From Parcubacteria group bacterium GW2011_GWA2_40_14 (lineage in GTDB: Bacteria; Patescibacteriota; Minisyncoccia; Phycocordibacterales; DATDWN01), in contig LBYF01000001.1 in NCBI GenBank assembly GCA_000996025.1, positions 3,507 through 67,506 of the forward strand: a DNA stretch of 64,000 bases, written 5' to 3'. Both the position numbers and the translations under genes were made by a program. Every line of letters starts with the position of its first letter. Positions within the stretch are counted from its first letter, which is position 1. The notes under the pieces are model-generated. The model did not search any database and was not told the origin of the DNA. It worked only from the letters and a program-made list of their open reading frames with translations. Shown in pieces: positions 36,101 through 44,487 of this stretch.

Positions 36101-36454
36101 ATGACAAGGTCATCAAAAAAAGGTCCATATGTAGATGAACGAGTTCTCAAGAAAATTGAGGGCAAAAAGCCACTTGAAACAGGGGTTATTAAAACGTGGT
36201 CAAGAGCTTGTGTCATATCACCAGAAATGGTCGGTTTTAATTTTGGTGTTCACAATGGCAGAACTCATCTGGAAGTTCTTGTCTCCGAAGACATGGTCGG
36301 ACACCGTCTGGGTGAATTTTCTCCAACTAAAAAGTTTATAAAACACGGAGGAAAGATGCAGAAAGAGCAAGAGCAGAAAGCAAAGGAAGGCGAGATTGCC
36401 GCCGCACAGTCTGCAAAGGCAGTGACCGCTGAACCAGCAGGAGCAAAAAAATAA
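36101..36454 (+). CDS. rpsS: 30S ribosomal protein S19 with a 24-aa K/Q/A-rich C-terminal extension
   Basis: [13 protein letters not shown]...GHRLGEF is the S19 core. Confidence 0.9.
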   Translation: MTRSSKKGPYVDERVLKKIEGKKPLETGVIKTWSRACVISPEMVGFNFGVHNGRTHLEVLVSEDMVGHRLGEFSPTKKFIKHGGKMQKEQEQKAKEGEIAAAQSAKAVTAEPAGAKK

Positions 36455-36465
36455 CCGCGATACAA

Positions 36466-36545
36466 ATATGCGAATACATACGAATAAAACGAATAGAATA
36501 CAAGAAATGGAATTAATTTTCGTATCATTCGCATAAATTCGTATA
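36466..36545. repeat. Degenerate family-1 repeat upstream of rplV
   Basis: The tacgaata / attcgcata words are arranged palindromically. Confidence 0.5.
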
Positions 36546-36563
36546 TTGGTATCGATAAACTAT

Positions 36564-36962
36564 ATGAAAACTGCTCACGCCACACTTTCAAATTTCCGAC
36601 AAGCACCACGCAAAATGCGTATGGTGGCAAATACTGTACGTGGTAAAAGAGTTGTTGATGCCTTGATTAATTTGGAATTTACTGCAAAAAAAGCCTCACT
36701 TCCTATAAAAACTCTTATACAATCTGCCGTGGCAAATGCAAAAGCTATGGACTTGCCTACAGAAAATCTAATAATAAAAACTATCAAAGTAGATTCAGGC
36801 AAAATTTTATACAGGCGAATGCCAGCCGCTCAAGGAAGCGCGCACCCTATACGTAAGAGAACCAGTTCAATCTTTGTTGAACTGGGCGAGAATCGAGAAC
36901 CGAGTACCGAGAAACGAAAAATCAAGAATCCAAAATCGAAACTCGTATCTCGTATCTCTTAA
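36564..36962 (+). CDS. rplV: 50S ribosomal protein L22 with a repeat-encoded C-terminal tail
   Basis: The L22 core is followed by ENREPSTEKRKIKNPKSKLVSRIS, which is encoded by the family-3 repeat. Confidence 0.85.
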   Translation: MKTAHATLSNFRQAPRKMRMVANTVRGKRVVDALINLEFTAKKASLPIKTLIQSAVANAKAMDLPTENLIIKTIKVDSGKILYRRMPAAQGSAHPIRKRTSSIFVELGENREPSTEKRKIKNPKSKLVSRIS

Positions 36963-36973
36963 CTCTACCTACC
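36885..36973. repeat. Family-3 palindromic repeat overlapping the rplV 3' end
   Basis: The copy reads gagaatcgagaaccgagtaccgagaaacg...cgaaactcgtatctcgtatctcttaactct. Confidence 0.7.
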
Positions 36974-37633
36974 ATGACACATACCGTTCATCCATATTCA
37001 CATCGCCTAGGAATCATCCGAGATTGGAAATCTCGCTGGTTTGGCGTAAAAAATAAATACAAGGAATTTTTGAAAAGTGATGTGCTTTTACGGGAGTATT
37101 TGGAGAAAAAACTTCGTGATAACTATGTCAGCAATATAGAAATGGAGCGAGGTGAGAAAGTGTTGCGTATTATTATTGAGACATCTCGTCCAGGTATGAT
37201 TATTGGTCGCTCAGGTGATGGCGCCGTTAAATTAAAAAAGGATATTTCTGCATTTTTGAATAAACATAAACTTTCTCCTCTCGGCGAAGTGAAAGTGGAT
37301 ATAAAAGAAATTAAATCTCCCGAGTCAAACGCCACAATCGTTGCCCAAATGGTTGCCGATGGATTGGAAAAGCGTTTGCCTTTCCGCCGTGTGGTGAAAC
37401 AGATGGTGGAAAAAGTTATGGCAAATCGTGATGTCCTTGGTGTAAAGATAGAATTGTCTGGACGACTCGGTGGCGCTTCAATGGCACGTCAGGAAAAAAT
37501 AAAGAAAGGTCGTATTCCGCTTCAGACTTTCCGCGCCGATGTGGATTTTTGTAAATATAAAACAAGAGTCCCTTATGGGGGTGTTGGTATTAAGGTTTGG
37601 ATATATAAGGGAGAAGTGTTCGCAAAAAAGTAA
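36974..37633 (+). CDS. rpsC: 30S ribosomal protein S3
   Basis: The 219-aa ORF has a KH domain and the S3 C-terminus. Confidence 0.9.
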   Translation: MTHTVHPYSHRLGIIRDWKSRWFGVKNKYKEFLKSDVLLREYLEKKLRDNYVSNIEMERGEKVLRIIIETSRPGMIIGRSGDGAVKLKKDISAFLNKHKLSPLGEVKVDIKEIKSPESNATIVAQMVADGLEKRLPFRRVVKQMVEKVMANRDVLGVKIELSGRLGGASMARQEKIKKGRIPLQTFRADVDFCKYKTRVPYGGVGIKVWIYKGEVFAKK

Positions 37634-37721
37634 AAAGTTTGTAAAGTTATAAAGTTCATAAAGTAAAATCCATAATCCACTTTACAAACTTTAAAAACTT
37701 TCAACTTTATAAACTAAATTT
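37634..37721. repeat. Family-2 palindromic repeat between rpsC and rplP
   Basis: The copy reads aaagtttgtaaagttataaagttcataaagt ... ctttacaaactttaaaaactttcaactttataaact. Confidence 0.75.
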
Positions 37722-38138
37722 ATGTTGTTACCAAAAAAAGTAAAATACAGAAAGTGGCAAACATTTCGAAAGAACGCTAATAAAGTTGGTGTGGCTTCAC
37801 GTGGTACCACTATTTCTTTCGGCTCTCATGCCTTGAAAGCCCTGTCAGGAGCGCGTATTATGTCAAACCAGATTGAAGCTGGCAGAAAAGCCCTATCTCG
37901 CGCAGTTGGTAAGACCGGCAAGATTTGGATCCGCATTTTTCCAGATATGCCCCTGACCAAAAAGCCAGCTGAAGTGAAGCTTGGTAAAGGAAAGGGTGAT
38001 TTGTTTGGCTACTGCGCGCCGGTTAAGCCAGGAAGAATTATTTTTGAAGTTGATGGTGTTACGGATGCAGTTGCCAGAGAAGCTTTGCGAAAAGCTGGAA
38101 CGAAATTACCCCTCAAAACAAAGATAATCTCTCACTAG
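37722..38138 (+). CDS. rplP: 50S ribosomal protein L16
   Basis: [11 protein letters not shown]...GKGKGD is typical of L16. Confidence 0.9.
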   Translation: MLLPKKVKYRKWQTFRKNANKVGVASRGTTISFGSHALKALSGARIMSNQIEAGRKALSRAVGKTGKIWIRIFPDMPLTKKPAEVKLGKGKGDLFGYCAPVKPGRIIFEVDGVTDAVAREALRKAGTKLPLKTKIISH

Positions 38139-38320
38139 AACTTCCAAATTATGACCAATGTGATTTTTCACAATTCAACTTCAGATTTTCCTCCTTACAG
38201 GAGCAGTACACCTTTTCGATCTTTTGAGTACAAAAACTCTGAAAAGGTCTTGCGAAGTCATACCCATGACTTCTCACTCGACCTTGGCCAAATTTGAAAG
38301 TTCTAGCCAAATGTGAAATT
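38139..38320. repeat. Family-5 element after rplP with 14-bp terminal inverted repeats (AGAACTTCCAAATT / AATTTGAAAGTTCT); it also supplies the rpmC leader motif GCCAAATGTGAAAT
   Basis: It has a terminal-inverted-repeat structure and shares its internal start AAATTATGACC with the copy at 43411. Confidence 0.7.
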
Positions 38321-38333
38321 TAGTGTATATTAA

Positions 38334-38537
38334 ATGAAATTTATGAAAGAGTTTACAAACAAAAGTAAAAAGGAACTACAGACAATACTTTCAGAAAAAA
38401 GACTAGCTTTGCGCACATTTCGCTTTTCCATAGCGGGTAGCAATATGCGCAATGTGAAAGAAGGTAGCGCACTGAAGAAAGATATTGCTATGGTGTTGAC
38501 TCTTTTGAATGTGAAAGCAAAAGTGAATAACGAATAA
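38334..38537 (+). CDS. rpmC: 50S ribosomal protein L29
   Basis: The helical ORF is 67 aa, begins KSKKELQTIL, and is in the expected operon position. Confidence 0.75.
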   Translation: MKFMKEFTNKSKKELQTILSEKRLALRTFRFSIAGSNMRNVKEGSALKKDIAMVLTLLNVKAKVNNE

Positions 38538-38543
38538 AGAATA

Positions 38544-38801
38544 ATGAATAATGAAAAAATAAAAAATAATACAGTAAAAACTCTCTCGGGAGTAGTAGTG
38601 TCAAATAAGATGACAGACACTGTTGTGGTGGAAGTTGTTCGTTTTGTAAAACATCCAAAGTACGGCAAGTACGTCTCTAAAAGCAAAAAGTTTAAAGCCC
38701 ACGATGTCGGCAATACAAAGCAAATTGGGGATAAGGTTACCATAGAGGAGTGCAGACCAATTTCAAAAGATAAACACTTTAGAATAGTCGAAAGTTCGTA
38801 A
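38544..38801 (+). CDS. rpsQ: 30S ribosomal protein S17
   Basis: [18 protein letters not shown]...HD is the S17 OB fold. Confidence 0.85.
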   Translation: MNNEKIKNNTVKTLSGVVVSNKMTDTVVVEVVRFVKHPKYGKYVSKSKKFKAHDVGNTKQIGDKVTIEECRPISKDKHFRIVESS

Positions 38802-38878
38802 AGTTATAAAGTTCATAAAGCAGACTCAAAACCCACTTTACAAACTTTAAAAACTTTATAACTTTATAAACTAAAATT
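38802..38878. repeat. Family-2 palindromic repeat between rpsQ and rplN
   Basis: The copy reads gaaagttcgtaaagttataaagttcataaagc...ctttacaaactttaaaaactttataactttataaact. Confidence 0.75.
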
Positions 38879-39250
38879 ATGATCCAACCGCAATCAATTG
38901 TCAAAATAGCAGATAACACCGGAGCAAAAATCGGACGCGTGTTCAAAGTGCTCGGAAGTTCCAAAAAGAGATACGCCAGCATAGGCGAGTTGGTGGTTCT
39001 CTCTGTCCAGAAAGCTGAACCTAGAAAAACAACAAAGAAAAAAGATATTTTGTATGCAGTGGTTGTCCGTCAACGAGCGCCTTTTCGAAGAAAGGACGGC
39101 TCATATATTCGTTTTGACGAAAATGCAGTAGTTATAGTGGTCAAAGATAAAAAAGAGCCGGTAGCAGGACGTATTTTCGGTCCTATCCCGCGGGAACTTG
39201 GTGAGATGGGGTATCAAAAGATTATTAGTTTAGCCCCAGAAGTAGTCTAA
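38879..39250 (+). CDS. rplN: 50S ribosomal protein L14
   Basis: MIQPQSIVKIADNTGAK is typical of L14. Confidence 0.9.
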   Translation: MIQPQSIVKIADNTGAKIGRVFKVLGSSKKRYASIGELVVLSVQKAEPRKTTKKKDILYAVVVRQRAPFRRKDGSYIRFDENAVVIVVKDKKEPVAGRIFGPIPRELGEMGYQKIISLAPEVV

Positions 39251-39335
39251 AATTGAGTCAAGAGTAGCGAGATAAGAGTCACGAAGAATGCAAAATCGTA
39301 ACTCGAGTCTCGGAACTCGTAACTCTATCAATATC
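39251..39335. repeat. Family-3 palindromic repeat between rplN and rplX
   Basis: The copy reads gagtagcgagataagagtcacg...cgtaactcgagtctcggaactcgtaactct. It creates a spurious upstream ORF extension of rplX. Confidence 0.7.
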
Positions 39336-39602
39336 ATGAATGTAAAAAAAGATGACAAAGTAATAGTGCTCACCGGTAAAGACAAAGGTAAAACAGGAAC
39401 CGTTGTCAAATCATTTCCAAAAGAAAACAGAGTCATTGTTTCTGGTGTAAATATTTTGAAAGTTCATCAGAAGCCTCGAAAGAGTGGAGAGAAAGGACAG
39501 ATACTAGACAAGACCATGCCGATAGATGTATCCAACGTAAAAAGGGTCGAGGCACGAGGTACGAGAAAAGAGACCCGAAAAATCAAAGGCTCAAAATCGT
39601 AA
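39336..39602 (+). CDS. rplX: 50S ribosomal protein L24 with a repeat-encoded C-terminal tail
   Basis: MNVKKDDKVIVLTGKDKGK is the KOW domain. The track ORF starts 16 codons upstream, inside the repeat. Confidence 0.85.
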   Translation: MNVKKDDKVIVLTGKDKGKTGTVVKSFPKENRVIVSGVNILKVHQKPRKSGEKGQILDKTMPIDVSNVKRVEARGTRKETRKIKGSKS

Positions 39603-39637
39603 CTCTATACTCGTAACTCTTAACTCTATTAAAAACT
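39560..39637. repeat. Family-3 palindromic repeat overlapping the rplX 3' end
   Basis: The copy reads gtacgagaaaagagacccg...cgtaactctatactcgtaactcttaactct. Confidence 0.7.
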
Positions 39638-40234
39638 ATGGAATCAATCAAAGAAAAAACAAAAGAAGCTTTTGATATTATGAAATCGGAGTTTCATTAT
39701 AAAAACATCATGCAAGCCCCAAAAATAGAAAAGGTGGTGATTTCTTGTGGTGTTGGTTCGCAGAAAGACAAAAAGAAACTAGACCTTATAGAAGACCGCC
39801 TCTTAAAAATCACAGGACAGAAACCTGTTCGCAAGGGCGCAAAAATATCAATCGCCGCTTTCAAAGTGCGAGAAGGGGATACTGTCGGTATGCAAATCAC
39901 TTTGCGTGGACAGAGAATGTATGATTTTCTGGACCGATTGGTCAATATTGCACTTCCTCGCACGAAAGATTTTCGAGGAATCTCAGCAAATGCAGTTGAT
40001 GAAATGGGTAACTACACTTTAGGTATAAAAGAAAACACTATTTTCCCAGAGTCGTCCGATGAAGATTTGAAAGATGTTTTCGGTCTTGCCGTTACTATTG
40101 TTACAAATGTTAAAAACAAAGATGAGACAAAAGCTTTTTTGACTCACCTCGGTTTTCCCTTCAAAAAACAATCAGCCGATAAGGCGAAAGCTACGACAGT
40201 CCATGTATCAAAAAGCCGAGCCCCAAAGAAGTAA
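39638..40234 (+). CDS. rplE: 50S ribosomal protein L5
   Basis: The 198-aa ORF has L5 motifs and a basic C-terminal tail. Confidence 0.9.
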   Translation: MESIKEKTKEAFDIMKSEFHYKNIMQAPKIEKVVISCGVGSQKDKKKLDLIEDRLLKITGQKPVRKGAKISIAAFKVREGDTVGMQITLRGQRMYDFLDRLVNIALPRTKDFRGISANAVDEMGNYTLGIKENTIFPESSDEDLKDVFGLAVTIVTNVKNKDETKAFLTHLGFPFKKQSADKAKATTVHVSKSRAPKK

Positions 40235-40261
40235 AATTATTTTCATCTACAATAAATGGAA

Positions 40262-40310
40262 TTTTTTACTCATACACCTATCACACGCTATAGCGTGTGA
40301 TAGGTGTATG
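40262..40310. repeat. Family-7 perfect palindrome (20-bp stem, GCTATAGC centre)
   Basis: The sequence is actcatacacctatcacacgctatagcgtgtgataggtgtatgagt. Confidence 0.7.
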
Positions 40311-40424
40311 AGTTGAACAAGTTTTAATAGGTTTATATATTATTATGTGCTAATATTAATAATAGAAGTTGAGACAGTTTAGTCTCAATATATTTTGTCA
40401 GAAATCACGACTAAAGGAGAAAGT

Positions 40425-40664
40425 ATGAAGTCAAAGAGTTATCTTGGATTTTTGATGTTGTTGGCGTTGATGTTATTTTTGGTTTTGCTTCCGTCCGCAT
40501 TTTCAAGTGTCTATCAAAACACCGGAAACGGGTTGATTCCAGAGTGGACATTTGGAACAAAAACACAAGACCGTGTTGAGACAAACCAAAAGAAGGAGTG
40601 TTTTGAGACGGATGCAAAACAGCCATTCAAGTTTGATGTCTGTTATGTGCCAAACAGACCTTAG
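40425..40664 (+). CDS. Small secreted/membrane protein (signal-anchor) with an SD (AAGGAG)
   Basis: MKSKSYLGFLMLLALMLFLVLLPSAF is a hydrophobic N-terminus. The ORF is inserted between rplE and rpsN. Confidence 0.45.
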   Translation: MKSKSYLGFLMLLALMLFLVLLPSAFSSVYQNTGNGLIPEWTFGTKTQDRVETNQKKECFETDAKQPFKFDVCYVPNRP

Positions 40665-40937
40665 AGAAAGAAAGACGTTCCAGCTTCGACCTTGCCGAAC
40701 TTTTCTCTGCTGTAAAGTCCACGAACTATAAGGAGTTAAAACTTGTATTTGTGGCCACAAGTAGGAGTGGAGATGTAAGTAAAGTTGAATGCACATTCAA
40801 GTTTCAATGAACTGGGCGGGTGGATTTTCAAGGCGGTGAGGAGAGACCTGCCGCCTTTTTGTTTTGTTTGACAATTTGTGTGTATATATGGTAGTTTGTT
40901 TTTAGAATCAGTTCGTCAAAAACAGGGGGGATTATCG

Positions 40938-41912
40938 ATGTCAAAGACTCAACAGCTTGGCAAAAACATGAGTCCAAGCAAAACAAAACTGGGAAAGTTT
41001 TTACGAAAATGTCGTATTAAACTTGGATTAAGGCAAGTTGAAGTAGGCAGACTTTCAATGGTTAAACAATCAGACTACAGTCATTTTGAAACTGGTAGAT
41101 CCAAATATCTCAATCCCAAACAAATCAAAGGTTTAGCCAAAACTCTGAAGTGTCAAGAGGTGGAATTGGAAATTCTTGTTCCACCAAAACCAAAACCAAA
41201 ACAGGAACCTACAACTGAACTCGGCTTACTTATCCGCAACCGAAGGGAAGAGCTTGGGCTGACGATTGAGACTTTTGCCAAAAAGCTCAAAATATCCCTG
41301 GCACAAGCAAAATGTTTGGAAACCCGAATAGCCGAGCGAATGAAGTACAAGTTGTTTGAACCTCTTTTAAGAGTTCTGGAATTAAAACCGTCAGATTTAG
41401 GTAGATTTGTGGGCTGGACTAAAAACGAAAGCCTCACCAGTTTAGGTCAAGTCATCCGTTCACGCCGTAAAGAGCTTGGATTTTCGTTAGCAAGTCTTGG
41501 CCAGAAATTAGGTATCACTCGCGAGCGAGTACGTCAGATTGAGAATAATCGGTCTTCCTTTAGTAATAAAGGGAATAAACTTAAGAAGATAGCTAAAATT
41601 CTCAATCTGAATTTTTCTGAATTGCAAGCATTACAGCCGGCGCGGAGATTCAAAAGAGGCAAGATAGGTACCGACACATTTGGTGGGTTTCTGACTGCTC
41701 GGAGGGTAGAACTTCACCTGACACAATACGAACTTGCTGAACGTGTGGGAATTTCACCAAACACAATCTGTGCCACAGAATTAGGAAAATTTGTGCCTAA
41801 TTCCGATATGTTGGGAAAGATGGCGACGGCTCTTGACTGCGTTATTCCATCTCAACTCATTCTGATTCCTCGTAAGCGCGGTCGTCCTCGGAAGGATTTG
41901 ATTAACTCGTGA
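40938..41912 (+). CDS. Four-repeat XRE-type helix-turn-helix DNA-binding protein with a C-terminal AT-hook (RGRPRK)
   Basis: There are four HTH_XRE-like units (LRQVEVGRLS..., LTIETFAKKL..., FSLASLGQKLGITRERVRQIE..., LTQYELAERVGISPNTIC...), an SD (aggggg), and the ORF sits inside the spc operon. Confidence 0.7.
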   Translation: MSKTQQLGKNMSPSKTKLGKFLRKCRIKLGLRQVEVGRLSMVKQSDYSHFETGRSKYLNPKQIKGLAKTLKCQEVELEILVPPKPKPKQEPTTELGLLIRNRREELGLTIETFAKKLKISLAQAKCLETRIAERMKYKLFEPLLRVLELKPSDLGRFVGWTKNESLTSLGQVIRSRRKELGFSLASLGQKLGITRERVRQIENNRSSFSNKGNKLKKIAKILNLNFSELQALQPARRFKRGKIGTDTFGGFLTARRVELHLTQYELAERVGISPNTICATELGKFVPNSDMLGKMATALDCVIPSQLILIPRKRGRPRKDLINS

Positions 41913-41924
41913 CTGAACTGAATA

Positions 41925-41965
41925 GCCCGTGACCCTCTTTTGGGGTCATGGGCTCATTTATTTTC
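41925..41965 (+). terminator. Rho-independent terminator after the HTH gene (gcccgtgaccc / gggtcatgggc plus a T-run)
   Basis: The GC-rich stem is followed by a T-run. Confidence 0.65.
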
Positions 41966-42030
41966 ATTTGACTTTGTAGATTCTCTTTGCTACTATCTTT
42001 TGAGCTTGCAAAAGCTATTTTTTGTTAGAT

Positions 42031-42216
42031 ATGGCGAAAACATCCGTAAAAGCTAGAGCGGCAAAAGTGCCGAAATTTAAAACACGAGCTACAAATCGTT
42101 GTTTTAAATGCGGACGCGGACATGGATTTATGAGAGACTTCGGTCTATGCAGAATCTGTTTTAGGGAATTAGCAAACGAAGGCAAAATCCCCGGTGTTAA
42201 AAAGTCTAGCTGGTAA
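42031..42216 (+). CDS. rpsZ: 30S ribosomal protein S14, zinc-binding Z-type
   Basis: The 61-aa ORF has CFKCGR...CRICFR (two CxxC pairs). Confidence 0.85.
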   Translation: MAKTSVKARAAKVPKFKTRATNRCFKCGRGHGFMRDFGLCRICFRELANEGKIPGVKKSSW

Positions 42217-42345
42217 CCAGAAAAATGTAAACTGTAAAAATCAAAATGGAAAATGACAGATTAAAATTAAAAATGATGAATTCAGAAATTTTGCATTTTA
42301 CATTGTCATTTTGATTTTTGATATTTACATTTTTAATTATATTTT
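42217..42345. repeat. Family-4 AT-rich ~120-bp palindromic repeat (core AGATTAAAATTAAAAATGATGAATTCAGAAATTTTGCATTTT)
   Basis: Three copies share an identical 42-nt core, and each ends at the next start codon. Confidence 0.8.
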
Positions 42346-42732
42346 ATGGACCCAATTGCAGACATGATTGTCCGAATAAAGAATGCATCAGATTCAAAGA
42401 AAAAATCTGTGGTTTTTCCACATTCAAAATTGAAACTGACTATTGCGGACGTTTTGATGAAAGAGGGATTTATAAAATCTTTCAGTAAGAAAGGCAAAAA
42501 ATTGATTAAGTTTATTGAAGTGGAGCTTATTCATACGGATGGCGTCCCAAGAATTCACGGAGTAGAGCGTGTATCAAAATCTTCCAAGAGGATTTATCAA
42601 AAATCTAAAGATATTCGAAAAGTTAAATCTGGAATGGGAGCTCTTGTACTTTCCACACCAAAAGGCATTATGACGGACAAGCAAGCAAGGATAGAAAATG
42701 TCGGTGGAGAAGCTCTCTTCAAAGTGTGGTAA
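42346..42732 (+). CDS. rpsH: 30S ribosomal protein S8
   Basis: MDPIADMIVRIKNA is typical of S8. Confidence 0.9.
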   Translation: MDPIADMIVRIKNASDSKKKSVVFPHSKLKLTIADVLMKEGFIKSFSKKGKKLIKFIEVELIHTDGVPRIHGVERVSKSSKRIYQKSKDIRKVKSGMGALVLSTPKGIMTDKQARIENVGGEALFKVW

Positions 42733-42864
42733 CACTTTGAAGAATGTAAAGTGTAAATATCAAAATGAAAAATTATAGATTAAAATTAAAAATGATGAAT
42801 TCAGAAATTTTGCATTTTACATTGTCATTTTACACTTCGATTTTTTAATTTTACATTTACTACC
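42733..42864. repeat. Family-4 repeat copy
   Basis: It has the same core as the copy at 42217. Confidence 0.8.
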
Positions 42865-43410
42865 ATGTCAAGAATCGGAAAAAAAGTAATAGCAATTCCT
42901 GAAAAGACCGAAGTATCCATAACTTACGGAATTTTCACCGTAAAAGGCCCGTTAGGAACTCTTACAAAAAAATTCAAGCCAGAAATTGAAATCACAATCG
43001 GGGCAAATGAAAAAAGTAGCGAAGTTAGACTTGTGCCAAAGCGTATAACTCTAGAGAACAAAGCTTTGTGGGGGACATACGCTTCTCATATTATGAATAT
43101 GATTTCTGGTGTAACTACCCCATACATTAAGAAATTGATTATTGAAGGTATTGGATACAAATCAGAAGTTAAGGGTGATAAACTTGTTCTTGCTCTCGGC
43201 TTTTCTCATCCTGTTATTGTTCCTATACCGGCGACACTTAAAGTTACTGCCGAGAAAAATATAATCACAGTAACTGGTATAGACAAAGAGGAGGTCGGTG
43301 GATTTGTGGCCAATATTCGCTCTCTCAAAGTACCAGAGCCATATAAAGGAAAAGGAATTAGGTATGAGGGGGAAGTAATCAAACGCAAGCAAGGCAAGAA
43401 AACTGCCTAA
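42865..43410 (+). CDS. rplF: 50S ribosomal protein L6
   Basis: MSRIGKKVIAIPEK is typical of L6. Confidence 0.9.
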   Translation: MSRIGKKVIAIPEKTEVSITYGIFTVKGPLGTLTKKFKPEIEITIGANEKSSEVRLVPKRITLENKALWGTYASHIMNMISGVTTPYIKKLIIEGIGYKSEVKGDKLVLALGFSHPVIVPIPATLKVTAEKNIITVTGIDKEEVGGFVANIRSLKVPEPYKGKGIRYEGEVIKRKQGKKTA

Positions 43411-43535
43411 ACTTTCAAATTATGACCCATCTCATCGTCTAAAATTTGAAAAAGAATCGTCACCTACGCACTCAGGTAGGCTCCAATTCTTTTTCAAATT
43501 TTATACGCGACCTAGGTCAAATTTGAAAGTTTAGG
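43411..43535. repeat. Family-5 element with a perfect 13-bp terminal inverted repeat (AAACTTTCAAATT / AATTTGAAAGTTT) and a central hairpin GTCACCTAC...GTAGGCTCC
   Basis: It has terminal inverted repeats, and its internal hairpin is shared with the copy at 56405. Confidence 0.75.
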
Positions 43536-43539
43536 TATC

Positions 43540-43899
43540 ATGGAAATTATGAAATCATCAAATGTAAAAAAAGAAAAGAGAATACGGAGACATGCCAGGA
43601 TTCGGGCAAAGATTTCTGGCACGGCGGATTTACCACGCTTATCGGTTTTCAAATCAAATAAACATATCTCCGTTCAACTTATTGATGACCAAAATGGACA
43701 AACGCTCGCTTCAGCTCACTCACGCGATGTTAAAGGTAAAACCATGATGGAAAAAGCAGGCGAGGTCGGACAGCTCATTGCCGAAAAAGCAAAAGCAAAA
43801 AAAATCACTGAAGTTGCCTTTGACCGCGGAGGATTTATTTATACAGGAAACATTAAAACACTGGCGGACGGAGCTAGGAAAGGAGGGTTACATTTTTAA
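43540..43899 (+). CDS. rplR: 50S ribosomal protein L18
   Basis: RRHARIRAKISGT...LSVFKSNKHI is typical of L18. Confidence 0.85.
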   Translation: MEIMKSSNVKKEKRIRRHARIRAKISGTADLPRLSVFKSNKHISVQLIDDQNGQTLASAHSRDVKGKTMMEKAGEVGQLIAEKAKAKKITEVAFDRGGFIYTGNIKTLADGARKGGLHF

Positions 43900-43908
43900 T
43901 TTATTATC

Positions 43909-44487
43909 ATGGAACCAGAAATACAAAAAGAAATAATAAACGAAGAAGTCATAGAAACACCTGTTGTAAAGGGTATTATTTCTGTACCTGCTATCCGTGA
44001 ATTCAGAAAGAATTCTCGCAAGCCATCTCCTCGTCGGGAAGGACGTGTCAAAGCGGAGTTTGACCAGAAAATTGTCAGCATCAGACGTGTTACTCGTGTT
44101 GTTACCGGTGGTCGTCGCTTTGCTTTCTCTGTCGGTATAGTTATCGGTGATAGAAAGGGCAGAGTGGGTGTTGGACAAGGAAAGGCCGGAGATACACCTC
44201 TTGCTATAGACAAAGCGGTACGCGATGCAAGAAAAAATATGATTAGAGTGGCTATGACAAAGAACTCCTCCATTTCTCACGAGGTGGATGCCAAGTTCGG
44301 GAGCTCTCGCGTTCTTATCATGCGAGCTCCGGGCAAGGGAATTCTAGCGGGTTCTTCTGTCCGAACAGTTCTGGAATTTGCCGGTGTAAAAGAAGTAAGC
44401 GCAAAGTTGTTTTCTAGGAGCAAAAATAAAGTAAACAATGCCAAAGCGGCCATTAAAGCTTTAGCACAGCTAAAGCCTAAAATGTAA
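43909..44487 (+). CDS. rpsE: 30S ribosomal protein S5
   Basis: The S5 dsRBD and C-terminal domain are present (RRVTRVVTGGRRF). Confidence 0.9.
   Translation: MEPEIQKEIINEEVIETPVVKGIISVPAIREFRKNSRKPSPRREGRVKAEFDQKIVSIRRVTRVVTGGRRFAFSVGIVIGDRKGRVGVGQGKAGDTPLAIDKAVRDARKNMIRVAMTKNSSISHEVDAKFGSSRVLIMRAPGKGILAGSSVRTVLEFAGVKEVSAKLFSRSKNKVNNAKAAIKALAQLKPKM

Noticed and set aside
39288-39335. N-terminal 16 codons of the track ORF for L24 (MQNRNSSLGTRNSINI)
   Set aside because: They are encoded entirely by the right arm of a family-3 repeat. The conserved L24 N-terminus MNVKKDDKV starts at 39336.
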